DNA from: a virus
Taxonomy: Duplodnaviria > Caudoviricetes
IMG/VR virus record: IMGVR_UViG_3300026311_000016
Coordinates: 5,615-69,614 of that record
Strand: one strand, 5' to 3'
DNA: 64,000 nucleotides
Made by a program: the position numbers and the translations under genes. Positions 20,070 to 30,364 of this stretch are shown here, one piece after another. The notes beneath the pieces are model-generated. The model was not told the origin of the DNA. It did not search any database and saw nothing but the letters and a program-made list of their open reading frames with translations. Position 1 is the stretch's first letter. Each line of letters opens with the position of its first letter.

Positions 20070-21404
20070 TTAGCTCCGAACTACTAAGCTCGGAGCTGAA
20101 AACAGTAAAGTGATAGAAGAGAAATTCTTCTTGTTAACAGCACTATCAGTATCCCAATATGCTGTCTGAATACCTCTCTCACAGAATACTGCTTTACCAG
20201 ACCTTTTCTTGTAACCATCAGCAGCAGTTTCGAAGTGCTGTGGAGTTACAGTCCAGTCAATGATTGCACCAGCACCCATGAGGAAACCAACGTCCCATGA
20301 CGGATTAGAACCCACATCATACACAGTTTTGTTACGTGAATCCTGATTACCAGGGTTTACATATTCAACGTAGTGTAAATCATCATCATAGTCACATGTA
20401 ATAGTGGGGTATCTCATATCTTCAATAACCACAATGCTACCGATACGACCAATGTATCCAGGGAGATTCATTTCCTCAGATGACTGATTGTAAGTTTTAG
20501 CCCAAAAATCTCCAAGTTTACCATCTGACAGTCTCTTCAGTACGAGATACTGAGAAGAAGGCAGAAGCATAACATATGAAGGCTTTCCTCCGATAGTAAC
20601 AGGAGTGATACGTTTGATCTGTGAAGCATACAGTTCAAGAGCACCGAAGTAGTCAAGATCAATGTTAGCATTCACACCATAAGACCCAGTCGCAGCAGCT
20701 TCCAGAGCATCATTGATACGACCAAGGTAAGTAGCAGCAGTTGTACTGAATTCTGGCTGATCATCCCATTCGGTGTTGGGGATGTAAAAGTTCTTGTTGT
20801 AGTTTTTTCCGAGATTAGTACCAACACCTGTAAGAACGTATCCACATCCTTCAAGGAGTGCTTCATGATACTGACGATCAGCATCTTCTTTGTACCACTT
20901 TGACATTGCAGGCTGAAGTTCGTTGTAGTAACCAAGTGCCTGAAGCTCGTTATAATTCATACCCCAGTGTTCATAAGCAACACCGTATGAGTATTCATTA
21001 TAGTAAATCTTCATGTAGCTCATGGTTGTCTGACGTTCTTTACCTTCCTGTACACTGTTAGTACCATATTCGGCCTGACCAACAAGAGGATGAATCATAG
21101 GCATGATCTGTGTTCTTGCACCTTCAGGTTTACCACCAGAAACACGCATAACACAAGCATCAGGTAAAGCCATCTTTTTACCAGTGAAAACAACATCAGT
21201 TCCTACATCTTCAAATACACTGTCAAGAGTAGACTCGATCTGGAGTTTACGGTTAAGCAGATCATAGGAAAGACCACCTGCAACATCCATATCTGAAAGA
21301 GTGTAAGGACGTGCAGTTGTTGCATTAATTTTATTATTAGTTACTCCACCAGGGAGTACGGAACCTGATAAGGCTAAGGATCCTACCTCAATAACACTAG
21401 ACAT
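20070..21404 (-). CDS. major capsid protein
   Basis: 444 aa; follows portal and scaffold, has its own terminator, C-terminal GAGAIIDW pattern. Confidence 0.75.
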   Translation of the reverse strand: MSSVIEVGSLALSGSVLPGGVTNNKINATTARPYTLSDMDVAGGLSYDLLNRKLQIESTLDSVFEDVGTDVVFTGKKMALPDACVMRVSGGKPEGARTQIMPMIHPLVGQAEYGTNSVQEGKERQTTMSYMKIYYNEYSYGVAYEHWGMNYNELQALGYYNELQPAMSKWYKEDADRQYHEALLEGCGYVLTGVGTNLGKNYNKNFYIPNTEWDDQPEFSTTAATYLGRINDALEAAATGSYGVNANIDLDYFGALELYASQIKRITPVTIGGKPSYVMLLPSSQYLVLKRLSDGKLGDFWAKTYNQSSEEMNLPGYIGRIGSIVVIEDMRYPTITCDYDDDLHYVEYVNPGNQDSRNKTVYDVGSNPSWDVGFLMGAGAIIDWTVTPQHFETAADGYKKRSGKAVFCERGIQTAYWDTDSAVNKKNFSSITLLFSAPSLVVRS

Positions 21405-21422
21405 AATTTACTTCTTTCTTTT

Positions 21423-22724
21423 TTACCAGAGTTTACGTCCCCTATAAACAGGAGCATCGTAACCCATTGCAATAGATAACCGCTTAAATTCATCCAACTT
21501 TACAGGATCATTAATTATTGCTTTAATATCCGTATTTAACAGAGTATTCACCTGATCTTTAGTATACCCCTGCTGTACAACCTGACCATTCATGTTAGAA
21601 GGAAGTTCTACAGCACCACCATTAATCTGAGATATCTTCTTAGCTATTTCCTGAGAAGATTTCCTTCTCATATCAGCAAGTTCTTTCTCACGATTCCTGA
21701 CGTAATATGCTTCTTCAAGTGAACGATAAGTAACTCTCTGACCCTCATCATTCAAAATTGGATTTTCTTTACCGGTTACCGGATCATATTTTACGCCACG
21801 TTTCATATCGTACAAATCAACAATAGCCTGATACTTATCATAATCTGCTGGGGCTTTGATACCTTTTTCATCGGCTATCTTTTTATAATCACCACCAGCA
21901 AAATAATCTGCTATAGCCTGTTCAAGCTCAAATACACTTTTAGCTTTGATAGCCACAGCCATATCATTTCTAAACTGTTGATATTGACGATCGACTTCTT
22001 CGATATCTACAGTTGTTTTTAATTCTGGATACCGATTCTGGAACTCTCTGATTCCACCATACAGCTTGTCTCGTTGACGTTTTTCTTCTTCTTCACGAGC
22101 TTTGCGCTGTCTCTCTTCCATGACGACTTTAAATTCTTCACGAAAGGTTCTGATTTCCTCCTCAAGTTCCTTAACCTTGGGATGATTAGAACCAAACTCA
22201 TTAATGAGTGATTCCAAGCGATCAACTTTCTCCCGTGTACCTTTAGCATAATCAGATACAAACTCCTCTTCGGAATCATCTGTATAACTATCGGTAGTTG
22301 ATTGCTGTTGCGTTTTTGTCTGTTGCAACTCAGATAGCTCTTTTAGTTTCTTTTCCAGTTCTAAGCGAGCTTCTCTTTCTTTCTTTATCTCCTCCTCTTT
22401 CTGTTTAGCGATGAGGAGTTGTTTCTTACGTTCCTCTTCGATCTGCGCAGCTAATTCTTTCTCTTTGAGGAACTGTTCGTATTTACGTTTTCTTTCTTCT
22501 TCCTCAGCATCAAAATCAGGTTCAGTGACAGTTTCACCTTCTGTCGATGTTTCAGTAACAATATTATCAAGTGTTGCTGGTTCCTCATTAGAAACCTCCT
22601 GCTGTTTAACTGATACATTACCTGACAAAAAAGCATTGATCATCTGAAGATCTTTTTCTTTATCACCAGTATATGCTCCCTGTCTGATTTCTTCTGCTGT
22701 CATTTCCATTGGTTCGTAACCCAT
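21423..22724 (-). CDS. scaffolding protein
   Basis: 433 aa, E/K-rich coiled coil, between portal and capsid genes. Confidence 0.65.
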   Translation of the reverse strand: MGYEPMEMTAEEIRQGAYTGDKEKDLQMINAFLSGNVSVKQQEVSNEEPATLDNIVTETSTEGETVTEPDFDAEEEERKRKYEQFLKEKELAAQIEEERKKQLLIAKQKEEEIKKEREARLELEKKLKELSELQQTKTQQQSTTDSYTDDSEEEFVSDYAKGTREKVDRLESLINEFGSNHPKVKELEEEIRTFREEFKVVMEERQRKAREEEEKRQRDKLYGGIREFQNRYPELKTTVDIEEVDRQYQQFRNDMAVAIKAKSVFELEQAIADYFAGGDYKKIADEKGIKAPADYDKYQAIVDLYDMKRGVKYDPVTGKENPILNDEGQRVTYRSLEEAYYVRNREKELADMRRKSSQEIAKKISQINGGAVELPSNMNGQVVQQGYTKDQVNTLLNTDIKAIINDPVKLDEFKRLSIAMGYDAPVYRGRKLW

Positions 22725-22766
22725 AATTCTCTCCTGACTATTGTGTCATTTAAACGGTTAAATAAA

Positions 22767-24857
22767 TTATTGTAATCCCATAGCTGTCATATTATTACCC
22801 TGCATCTGAGCATTAGGATTACCCTCTGCCATAGGAGGTCCACTCTGCTGTTCTCCACCCATCTGAGGAGCACCACTGACAGGTAATTGTGGCTGGCCTA
22901 ACTGCATCATTTGCATCTGCATTTGCATCATCTGAAAATCAAGACCCATAATTTCAGCCATTACTCGTTTTCTAACAAGATCAATTTCAAGCTCTGTATC
23001 TTGTTCAGTAATGACCTTATCTTCTTTGGATTTATTGATTGTATTAACAGCTTTGCCGGCAGCCCTCGCTCTCTGTATAGGACTCTCAGGCCCAAGAACT
23101 CTTAACAGTTCTATATTGGTAGCTCTATCCATAAGTCTATTAGTTTCACCCTCTGGTGACTCAGTAACACATACTTTCATTCTCGGTAATGTTGATATAT
23201 CATTCTCCAACACCTCGCCATTCAGTGTTACTATTGGCTTGTTGATCTCTATAGTTTTACCTGTACTTGGTATAGTTATCATCCTATACACCCCACTATA
23301 GAGTTGTTTAGCCAATAATAAATAAGCCTCACCCTTATCATTCCAGTGCTGTTGTATACGATTCTTCATCAGTGTGAGAGCTGTTTCAGCTTGTAACTGT
23401 CTACGTGCTAACAGAATACCTGATCTATCCTCACTGCCCTCACTTCTACCGTCCATAGCAGCAGGTGTTTTACTGATGAAATCACTCATCTCAAGCATTC
23501 TGGTTATTTCGTTTACAATTTGAAAATCTATCTGATTCTTAGGGAGTTGAGCGAAATAATTTCTACCAGAAGCAAGTTTGTTTGGAGCTGACCAGAATTT
23601 AAAATTGGGTTTGTTCCAGTTCTCTTCTATCTGTTTCTTAGCAAAATCATCATTATCAACTATCTCAGGGTCCATTGCTACCCCACCACTAGCAGATGTG
23701 GCGATCATAAAATCTACCTGAGATTCACGTTTATTATACGTCTCCTGAATAGACTGTAGTAACTCTGGAATACCTCCATTAATACCATTATATCTCCTGC
23801 AAGATCCAGGAAATATGTCAAGTCTACCGATTTGTATTTTTGATTTTTTATCTTCGAGGACTAAGTTTCTGCTAATCTGAGGACATATTGTAGTAACATA
23901 GAGGATATCAACTGGTTCTGTTCTTGTAATTGGATCTAATGAAACATCAACTCCATTTGCTATCATCCATTGCTGGATATATGCTTCATCTTCAATATCA
24001 GGAACTTGTAACATATCTCCGTTAGAATTAAATGCAAACTCAATCTTTTTCTTTTCTCTCTCAATATGCTTAAACTCTATTACTCTATATTGATCACCGA
24101 ACTGTTCCGTTAAGCTGAAATGAGGAATTCCTTTAGTTTCATCCTGTTGCTCATACTCACTATTCTTACCTTCCCTCATTTTCAAATAAAAATCAATCTC
24201 GTCTGAATGAGTTTCATAAGTTTCTTTAATCTGCTTAGGGGTGAGATATGCTACTTTCCATGCTCTTTTTAAATCCCATGTATCATTACTCAACCAGTGA
24301 GGGTCTAATATACAATGACCTCTCATTATGGGTCTGAAACCTATACTACCAAGAGGATCATACCTGTCGGATATATAGATCTCTTCTATGCCAATGTGAA
24401 CAAGAAAGTCAACTAACCACTGTTCATAGGATTGGTTCCAGTTCATCATCTCTTTATCACGCATCATCAGATCTGCCATAGCTCTTGTCAGATCTGAGTG
24501 CACACCGTCAAACGGTTCAAATCCTATATCATAGAAGTTCTTTAAAAACGCTCCGGCAATGGTCTCTACTTTCGGTTGTATGATATTACCCTGAAACGGA
24601 TTACGTCCCTCTTCCTTCATCTTAGAGATAATATCTTCATCCCACTGACCATTGTTAAATCCAGTAAACATCTTCCAAGCCTTGGATTCACGCTCATGTT
24701 CTTTATAAGCGTGGTCTAAAGCTATCTCAAACTCAGTGGAAACATAGTCAACTATTTCAGCGGATTCTTTTACACCAAAGAATTTCTCACTACCATCTTC
24801 TTTAGGACGTTTATTTAAAAAAGGCAGGAAACTGGTTAGCATCTCTGGAAAGGGCAT
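22767..24857 (-). CDS. portal protein (P22-like)
   Basis: 696 aa; GQW, N.I.PKV..IAG, LQ...NKR.SQ and Q/M-rich tail; follows terL. Confidence 0.85.
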   Translation of the reverse strand: MPFPEMLTSFLPFLNKRPKEDGSEKFFGVKESAEIVDYVSTEFEIALDHAYKEHERESKAWKMFTGFNNGQWDEDIISKMKEEGRNPFQGNIIQPKVETIAGAFLKNFYDIGFEPFDGVHSDLTRAMADLMMRDKEMMNWNQSYEQWLVDFLVHIGIEEIYISDRYDPLGSIGFRPIMRGHCILDPHWLSNDTWDLKRAWKVAYLTPKQIKETYETHSDEIDFYLKMREGKNSEYEQQDETKGIPHFSLTEQFGDQYRVIEFKHIEREKKKIEFAFNSNGDMLQVPDIEDEAYIQQWMIANGVDVSLDPITRTEPVDILYVTTICPQISRNLVLEDKKSKIQIGRLDIFPGSCRRYNGINGGIPELLQSIQETYNKRESQVDFMIATSASGGVAMDPEIVDNDDFAKKQIEENWNKPNFKFWSAPNKLASGRNYFAQLPKNQIDFQIVNEITRMLEMSDFISKTPAAMDGRSEGSEDRSGILLARRQLQAETALTLMKNRIQQHWNDKGEAYLLLAKQLYSGVYRMITIPSTGKTIEINKPIVTLNGEVLENDISTLPRMKVCVTESPEGETNRLMDRATNIELLRVLGPESPIQRARAAGKAVNTINKSKEDKVITEQDTELEIDLVRKRVMAEIMGLDFQMMQMQMQMMQLGQPQLPVSGAPQMGGEQQSGPPMAEGNPNAQMQGNNMTAMGLQ

Positions 24858-25093
24858 TATACTACAGCTTTCACTTTATTAACAAGATCAAGCCTCTCAT
24901 TTTTAGGTAGCAGCTCCATCTCAACATTCATATTCTCGTGAATAGCTACCTTATAGTGAGACTTGCAATGAGAGCAATAAATATAAATATATTCTTCGTC
25001 AAATGAAAAAAGTAATCTACCACAATGATCAAATTCACCATGAGGTCTATCACCAGGGCATCTAACAGAAACAATTTCAGATTTACGCTCCAT
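24857..25093 (-). CDS. zinc-ribbon protein (Mu Com-like regulator candidate)
   Basis: VRCP...CGRLLF...IYCSHCK; no RBS, ATG coincides with the predicted TSS. Confidence 0.55.
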   Translation of the reverse strand: MERKSEIVSVRCPGDRPHGEFDHCGRLLFSFDEEYIYIYCSHCKSHYKVAIHENMNVEMELLPKNERLDLVNKVKAVV

Positions 25094-25099
25094 ATTACT

Positions 25100-25128
25100 A
25101 ATATGTGGAAAAAAAGTATAGAAGTCAA
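25100..25128 (-). promoter_or_regulatory. sigma70-like promoter, TCTATA-spacer class (head operon)
   Basis: TTGACT-tctatactttttttcca(17)-CATATT. Confidence 0.7.
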
Positions 25129-25135
25129 GAACTTT

Positions 25136-27130
25136 CTACATTAGCAACCAACTTTTTTCATCTTTGACAGATTTAAACCCTGTAACACCTCTTTTATCAA
25201 CGTATGAACTCATTACCATAGGTAACTCCATATGTGTTATTTTTCTTTTTAAGAATGAGGTTATCAACGTTAGAGCGTAGCATAGTCCGTATTCTCTCTC
25301 CTGTTCAACACGTTTATTGTCTATCTTCCATCCAGATAGTTGCTCTATGGTCTTAACACACCCAGGATTAATGATAAGACGTTTCTGAAGTGTGAGAGTT
25401 ATCAAGGCATCTATTCCACTCATCTCATCGTAGTTATAATTCTCTGTCAGTCTAACACCATATTTACTATACTTGATATCCAAACCATCAGCATTCTTAC
25501 CAAACATCCTGTCGTTGCCTATGATCTTAGTTAATCCCTGATGCTGGATAATATTCATAGCTACACTAACAACTGAATCACCTGACAGGAACTCATCATA
25601 GATATACAACCGTCTACCATCCCATGCTGTGTATGCTACTGATATTGTCATATCCTTACCGTAGTATACAGCCCCGTATCGCTCTTCTCCTACGTAATGG
25701 AGGACTTTAACCGTTTGGGGATCTAATACATCCAGTTTCTTTAGAACTGTCTCTTCAGGTGCTTTTTGTGCGAAACAAAGGACTAATGCGTCTGCTCTGT
25801 CGGGGGAGGATTTGAATTCTTTCTTGTACTCGGATTTGGGTTCCAGCATTATCTTACCAGATGGGGATAAACGCCATCTTCTACTTGATAGTTCTTCTAT
25901 AAGATGCTGATCTTCAGGTAAACCTATTATATTAATTATAGACTTGACGTTACCCCACATAATCGAAGCCTCATTCTGATACTCATTATTACCAGCCCCA
26001 CCAAAGTTACACGGGACGACTTCTATATTATGAGATCTATCAGTTTTTAATATGTCAACTACACCGCCTCCGACACCACTATCATCAACTTTAATTCTGA
26101 TTGTACGTTCATAACCAGTTGCTTTACGTATCTCTTCAACAGTATCTAATGCTAATTGTGCCGTTTCGACAACACTACTTTTTGCGAGTGTTTTTGCAGG
26201 ATATACTTTGTAACCATGTCTCCAGTATAGAACCGTTAGATCATCACCAAAACGAGCTACGTCTAATCCTATCTCTATCTCACCGTTAGGTTGAACCTCT
26301 TCCCATCTATCTACTGCTGCGTGTACACTTGAAAGCTCGATAAAAGCGTCTGGAGAACCTTTTGGGAACTCACCCTTAACCATCACTCTAAACAAGTCAT
26401 GGTGACGGCCATACTTCTCTTCGTAGTATTGAATCTGATCTTTTTTAACAAATGGAGACTGTTCTGCATCAAATGTTAAAGTAACCCATCTCTTTTTTAA
26501 CTTTACATTATTGAACACATCATAAAAAGGACCGGATGTTCTTATGGGGTTTCCGATCATCACAAACTTGTTATTTCTACCAGTCAGTGTTGAGTCGAAC
26601 GCTTCAAATATCTCGTCTTTAACACCGCTGGCTTCATCCATGATAATTAACATATTATCAGCATGGGCGCCCTGAGCAGCATCAGCATCTTTCGCTGTCC
26701 TAAGTAAAGTGAAATGATTCTTAGGAGATTCCTTTAAATACATTGACTTTTCTGTTATCTCATATATCGGTTCAACTAATGATCGAGATAACCATAGAGA
26801 AAGTTCGGCCCAAAGAGCAGTTTTTAGGGTTCCGTAAGTGGGTGCTGTACAAAGAACCTTCGGATTTTCAAAACAGTTCATGAACCATAGGACTGCGTTC
26901 ACCACAAGGGCCGTCTTCCCTGGTCCTTTCCCCGACTTTATAGCAACACGATCGTTGTTTTGTATCGCTAACAAACCTTCTTTCTGTTGATCAGAAAGAA
27001 ACCACTTAGGATCGTTCTTGAATACAATATCCTCTGAATGTGCTATTATATTCTGTTGATAATAAGCAATTGATTCTACAGTAAATAAATTACTGTAGAA
27101 TATATTTTTTCGTTTTTTATTGTTATTCAT
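25136..27130 (-). CDS. terL: terminase large subunit with an extra C-terminal nuclease-like domain
   Basis: Walker A SGKGPGKT, Walker B IMDEASG, nuclease GLDVARFGDD and SPDRADAL, then about 200 extra aa. Confidence 0.92.
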   Translation of the reverse strand: MNNNKKRKNIFYSNLFTVESIAYYQQNIIAHSEDIVFKNDPKWFLSDQQKEGLLAIQNNDRVAIKSGKGPGKTALVVNAVLWFMNCFENPKVLCTAPTYGTLKTALWAELSLWLSRSLVEPIYEITEKSMYLKESPKNHFTLLRTAKDADAAQGAHADNMLIIMDEASGVKDEIFEAFDSTLTGRNNKFVMIGNPIRTSGPFYDVFNNVKLKKRWVTLTFDAEQSPFVKKDQIQYYEEKYGRHHDLFRVMVKGEFPKGSPDAFIELSSVHAAVDRWEEVQPNGEIEIGLDVARFGDDLTVLYWRHGYKVYPAKTLAKSSVVETAQLALDTVEEIRKATGYERTIRIKVDDSGVGGGVVDILKTDRSHNIEVVPCNFGGAGNNEYQNEASIMWGNVKSIINIIGLPEDQHLIEELSSRRWRLSPSGKIMLEPKSEYKKEFKSSPDRADALVLCFAQKAPEETVLKKLDVLDPQTVKVLHYVGEERYGAVYYGKDMTISVAYTAWDGRRLYIYDEFLSGDSVVSVAMNIIQHQGLTKIIGNDRMFGKNADGLDIKYSKYGVRLTENYNYDEMSGIDALITLTLQKRLIINPGCVKTIEQLSGWKIDNKRVEQEREYGLCYALTLITSFLKRKITHMELPMVMSSYVDKRGVTGFKSVKDEKSWLLM

Positions 27131-27147
27131 GCGTTTAACTATTTAAA

Positions 27148-27363
27148 CTACTCTTCACTACCATCCTTCATCCAACTCGGTTTGTAACTGTTAGGGAATA
27201 TCCTATCCCAATCTTCTTCACTAATACTCTCAAATGTAACTGTTGGTTGAAAATTGAATCCTCCATTCATTAATTTTTTACCAGAAGATCTGCCTCCATA
27301 CAGCCCCTTCTTCCCACTACTTCTACCCCCCAAACCACCGTATCCACTTTGTATCTTAGCCAT
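27148..27363 (-). CDS. hypothetical protein with a GGRSSGKK repeat
   Basis: 71 aa; GGRSSGKK twice. Confidence 0.5.
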   Translation of the reverse strand: MAKIQSGYGGLGGRSSGKKGLYGGRSSGKKLMNGGFNFQPTVTFESISEEDWDRIFPNSYKPSWMKDGSEE

Positions 27364-27553
27364 TTAACATATCCTCCTCGAAATCATCAAAGTTACCTTC
27401 GATAGCCCTAGAATCGTCAATATAGAATCCCAGGTTGATATTAATAATCTCAGCAAGGTCCATGATATCCACATCCTCACCACAGTAACCAAACACGTAA
27501 TCTGCTATCTCTTTAGCACAATCCTTAATAAGCCCACTCTTAAACTCTCTCAT
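27356..27553 (-). CDS. acidic hypothetical protein
   Basis: 65 aa, coupled to neighbours. Confidence 0.45.
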   Translation of the reverse strand: MREFKSGLIKDCAKEIADYVFGYCGEDVDIMDLAEIININLGFYIDDSRAIEGNFDDFEEDMLNG

Positions 27554-27556
27554 ATC

Positions 27557-27826
27557 CTACTCCTTAACTAAACCTCTCTCTTTGAGATACTTATACATCT
27601 CAATACACACATCAATAGAAACATAAGTATATTGCCCACCGGAATCTATTTGGAACTTGTTAAAATCTTTATGTTCACCAAAACCAGTTTTAAGATCATC
27701 AATAAAGACTATTTCATACTTAGGACACATATCATTTTCATGCTTTAACTGATAGATTATATCATTTCCAAAACAGTCTTTCTCTCTCATGCTCTCCATC
27801 CTTCTACTTCTACTAAATAAGGACAC
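27557..27826 (-). CDS. hypothetical protein
   Basis: 89-aa ORF in operon. Confidence 0.45.
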   Translation of the reverse strand: MSLFSRSRRMESMREKDCFGNDIIYQLKHENDMCPKYEIVFIDDLKTGFGEHKDFNKFQIDSGGQYTYVSIDVCIEMYKYLKERGLVKE

Positions 27827-28338
27827 TTGTACAGCTCATCTGGTGTAACAAGTTCCCCAAAGCTCGTCCCAATCTCATCCATCCCATCAATCACTAGATT
27901 GTCGAGAACTAGACGAGAACATATTTTATCTTCCTTATTAGTATCTTTAGCCAGCTTGTTAATTATTGGTAGATTAGCAAGAAGCTCTTTGATATCATAC
28001 CCAAACTCCTGTTTCCTATGCCAGTTAAGCATACGTTCTCTGAATATATTTCTCTTGATTTCAGTATCATAAACATGACAATACTTATTCACACGCTTAA
28101 TACTGACAATATTCTTAGATTCGAACGTAACTGGTACGGATATTTTAAAGTCCTCTTTGCCAAAAAAATCCTTTGTCATCTCCACACGATAGAAGCTACC
28201 ATCATTGAAAATATCCATCAACTGTCCACAATGTGACACTTTTGACTTAGTAAAAAACCGAACCAACCAACTCACGATATTCTTTTCAGCAGTGAAGAAT
28301 ATATCACCATTTTGAAGTACCGATTCATTTATTTTCAT
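27787..28338 (-). CDS. permuted papain-like amidase (YaeF/YiiX, permuted NlpC/P60)
   Basis: LQNGDIFF, SHCG (His), GYD and ICSRLV (Cys) in permuted order. Confidence 0.75.
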   Translation of the reverse strand: MKINESVLQNGDIFFTAEKNIVSWLVRFFTKSKVSHCGQLMDIFNDGSFYRVEMTKDFFGKEDFKISVPVTFESKNIVSIKRVNKYCHVYDTEIKRNIFRERMLNWHRKQEFGYDIKELLANLPIINKLAKDTNKEDKICSRLVLDNLVIDGMDEIGTSFGELVTPDELYKCPYLVEVEGWRA

Positions 28339-28946
28339 ACAGCTTCCTCTTTCTTAAACTCAACTACGTTAGGTGATTCCTTAGCCTGTTGTTTACGTCT
28401 CTCAAAAGCCTCTCTTGCTATTTTAGCAGGATCTTCACGTTCATCCACAATAACCTCACGCTTACCAAACATATCCATAGTCTCACCAATCTTAGTCAAT
28501 GCGTTAAGTCTCACATTACCAGCAGTAGCCTCATCCTCAACTAACCGCTTCAGCCATGACAAGACATACAGCTTATCAACTATGAGTTGGTTATTGAGGT
28601 CTTCACGTAGTTTGGTGATTAGTGTGAGAACTTTTGGATTGTCTAGGAGTGTTTTAGCTTGTTGCTTTCTTACCAGTGTCTCGTAATACTCTCTGGTACG
28701 TTCATCGTAGTCATCATAGTTACCAGGACTATAACCAGCCAACTCTACAGCAGCGGGGCCGTTAAGGTTAGTTACGAAGACAAAGAAAAAAGCAAACTTG
28801 GTTTGCATTTCAGTAAGTTTGTATTCTTTCGCTAATTGTTCAAAATCCACAGACTGAACATCTTTTAAATTCGATGGCCTTTTAATAGGCTTCTTTGTTA
28901 GAGAAGCCTTTTTCTTAACTGGAGTTTTACGTTTGTTATTATTCAT
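28335..28946 (-). CDS. terS: terminase small subunit
   Basis: LTEMQTKF...N.N...AVELAGYS...KTLLDNPKV HTH pattern upstream of terL. Confidence 0.8.
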   Translation of the reverse strand: MNNNKRKTPVKKKASLTKKPIKRPSNLKDVQSVDFEQLAKEYKLTEMQTKFAFFFVFVTNLNGPAAVELAGYSPGNYDDYDERTREYYETLVRKQQAKTLLDNPKVLTLITKLREDLNNQLIVDKLYVLSWLKRLVEDEATAGNVRLNALTKIGETMDMFGKREVIVDEREDPAKIAREAFERRKQQAKESPNVVEFKKEEAV

Positions 28947-29125
28947 TTCAAATCATCCACAGTTCCTATCCATCCACACCCTTTAGTAAGACATGTTGCT
29001 TCATTCAGATCTGGTGGCAACAGATAACCACATGCTGTTTGAAAAATATCAACATTACCACACTTAGGGCATTTTCGGTGGTGTTTACTGTATTCATCCC
29101 ATATTTTTTCGTTTTGTTCATTCAT
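28943..29125 (-). CDS. zinc-ribbon protein
   Basis: CPKC ... CLTKGC. Confidence 0.5.
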   Translation of the reverse strand: MNEQNEKIWDEYSKHHRKCPKCGNVDIFQTACGYLLPPDLNEATCLTKGCGWIGTVDDLK

Positions 29126-29879
29126 TGAAGAACGCCTCCCATATACCTTTAGCGTAATCGTCTGGTAATTTGAATGCTGGTATAGACAATTTTCTATTGA
29201 TGTTATTTATCTTTTCGTCATCCCATTTTTTCTGCTCTTCCATCATCTTTCTCTGAGCCTCATCAGCGATTTTTCTAAACCCCTCATAGTCTGGCATCTT
29301 ATCTGGACCTTTAGATACTGCTTTATCAGAAGCAGGTGAGAGTCTGTCTTTCAGCTTCTTAACCTCATTCTCCAGATCAGCAATATTCTCTTTCTGTCCT
29401 TCGATGATTGATTCGAGTTCTTCTATCTGTTCATGCAATTCATCCATGTAGTCGTTTTTTCGATCAATAACATCTTTCCAATACGCAACCTCATCGTCAT
29501 GTTTTTTGTTACCCACAACAACCTCAGCTAATTTGGTTGACAGCTCTTCGATCTTTTTGTCCCTATCTAGCACTTTTCTACATAGTTCCTGTATTGATTT
29601 AACATTAACATCTTTTAACTGACTTAGTATCCTGTTCTTCTCCTGTAACTCCAGATTCTCAGCTCTCTGGTCGTCAATTATCTTAGTACAGGTTGCTTTA
29701 TAGTCTTGATACTGTGACTGGAACAGCTGAAGTTTCTCTGTTAGTTGTTTGATCGTGTTGTTTTTCTCTTCTATTTCTTTATTTTTAACAGCCAATGCTG
29801 CATCTTTGACAGATAGTTCATAATCCTTATAATTATTTATTAATTCCTGTTCTATCATACGCGAATAATTTTCCATCAC
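29118..29879 (-). CDS. coiled-coil protein
   Basis: 253 aa heptad-rich. Confidence 0.55.
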   Translation of the reverse strand: MMENYSRMIEQELINNYKDYELSVKDAALAVKNKEIEEKNNTIKQLTEKLQLFQSQYQDYKATCTKIIDDQRAENLELQEKNRILSQLKDVNVKSIQELCRKVLDRDKKIEELSTKLAEVVVGNKKHDDEVAYWKDVIDRKNDYMDELHEQIEELESIIEGQKENIADLENEVKKLKDRLSPASDKAVSKGPDKMPDYEGFRKIADEAQRKMMEEQKKWDDEKINNINRKLSIPAFKLPDDYAKGIWEAFFNE

Positions 29880-30127
29880 TCATCTCCTGTATTAATGTTT
29901 TCAATGTTAAGTTCAAACTTCATTATTGTATCGTTATATCTACACCCAAACGACTTGCTTAAACACTGATTAGTTTCACTCCATGATTCAAGAGTGTATA
30001 GTTTAGACTTTTCGTTAGTGTTAGCAATATACTCATCACACAAACACTGCCTTAGATATTCGATAACCGCAACCGACATATCTTTAACGTCTTTTTTAAT
30101 TGTTTCTATCTGTTTCTCGTTATACAT
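29876..30127 (-). CDS. hypothetical protein
   Basis: 83-aa ORF in operon. Confidence 0.45.
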   Translation of the reverse strand: MYNEKQIETIKKDVKDMSVAVIEYLRQCLCDEYIANTNEKSKLYTLESWSETNQCLSKSFGCRYNDTIMKFELNIENINTGDE

Positions 30128-30133
30128 ACATCC

Positions 30134-30364
30134 TCAATGTTTAGCTCTGTTCTTACTTCTGTTGATTACTTTCAAATTATCTTCTGAGTTGTCCCTTGGG
30201 TTACCATTTTCATGATCTATCTCAACCGATTTATCACCTTTTTTAACTTTACCCTCACGAAGATACTTCCTTCGTATTTTATTTCTGGATACGCGGTCTT
30301 TCTTAGATTTCTCAGAAGCCTGAAACTTCTCATATTCGTCTTTGTAATTACGTTTTTTTGTCAC
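30134..30364 (-). CDS. small HNH-motif protein
   Basis: EIDH.NGNP.DN..DNL.V..RSKNR. Confidence 0.7.
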   Translation of the reverse strand: MTKKRNYKDEYEKFQASEKSKKDRVSRNKIRRKYLREGKVKKGDKSVEIDHENGNPRDNSEDNLKVINRSKNRAKH

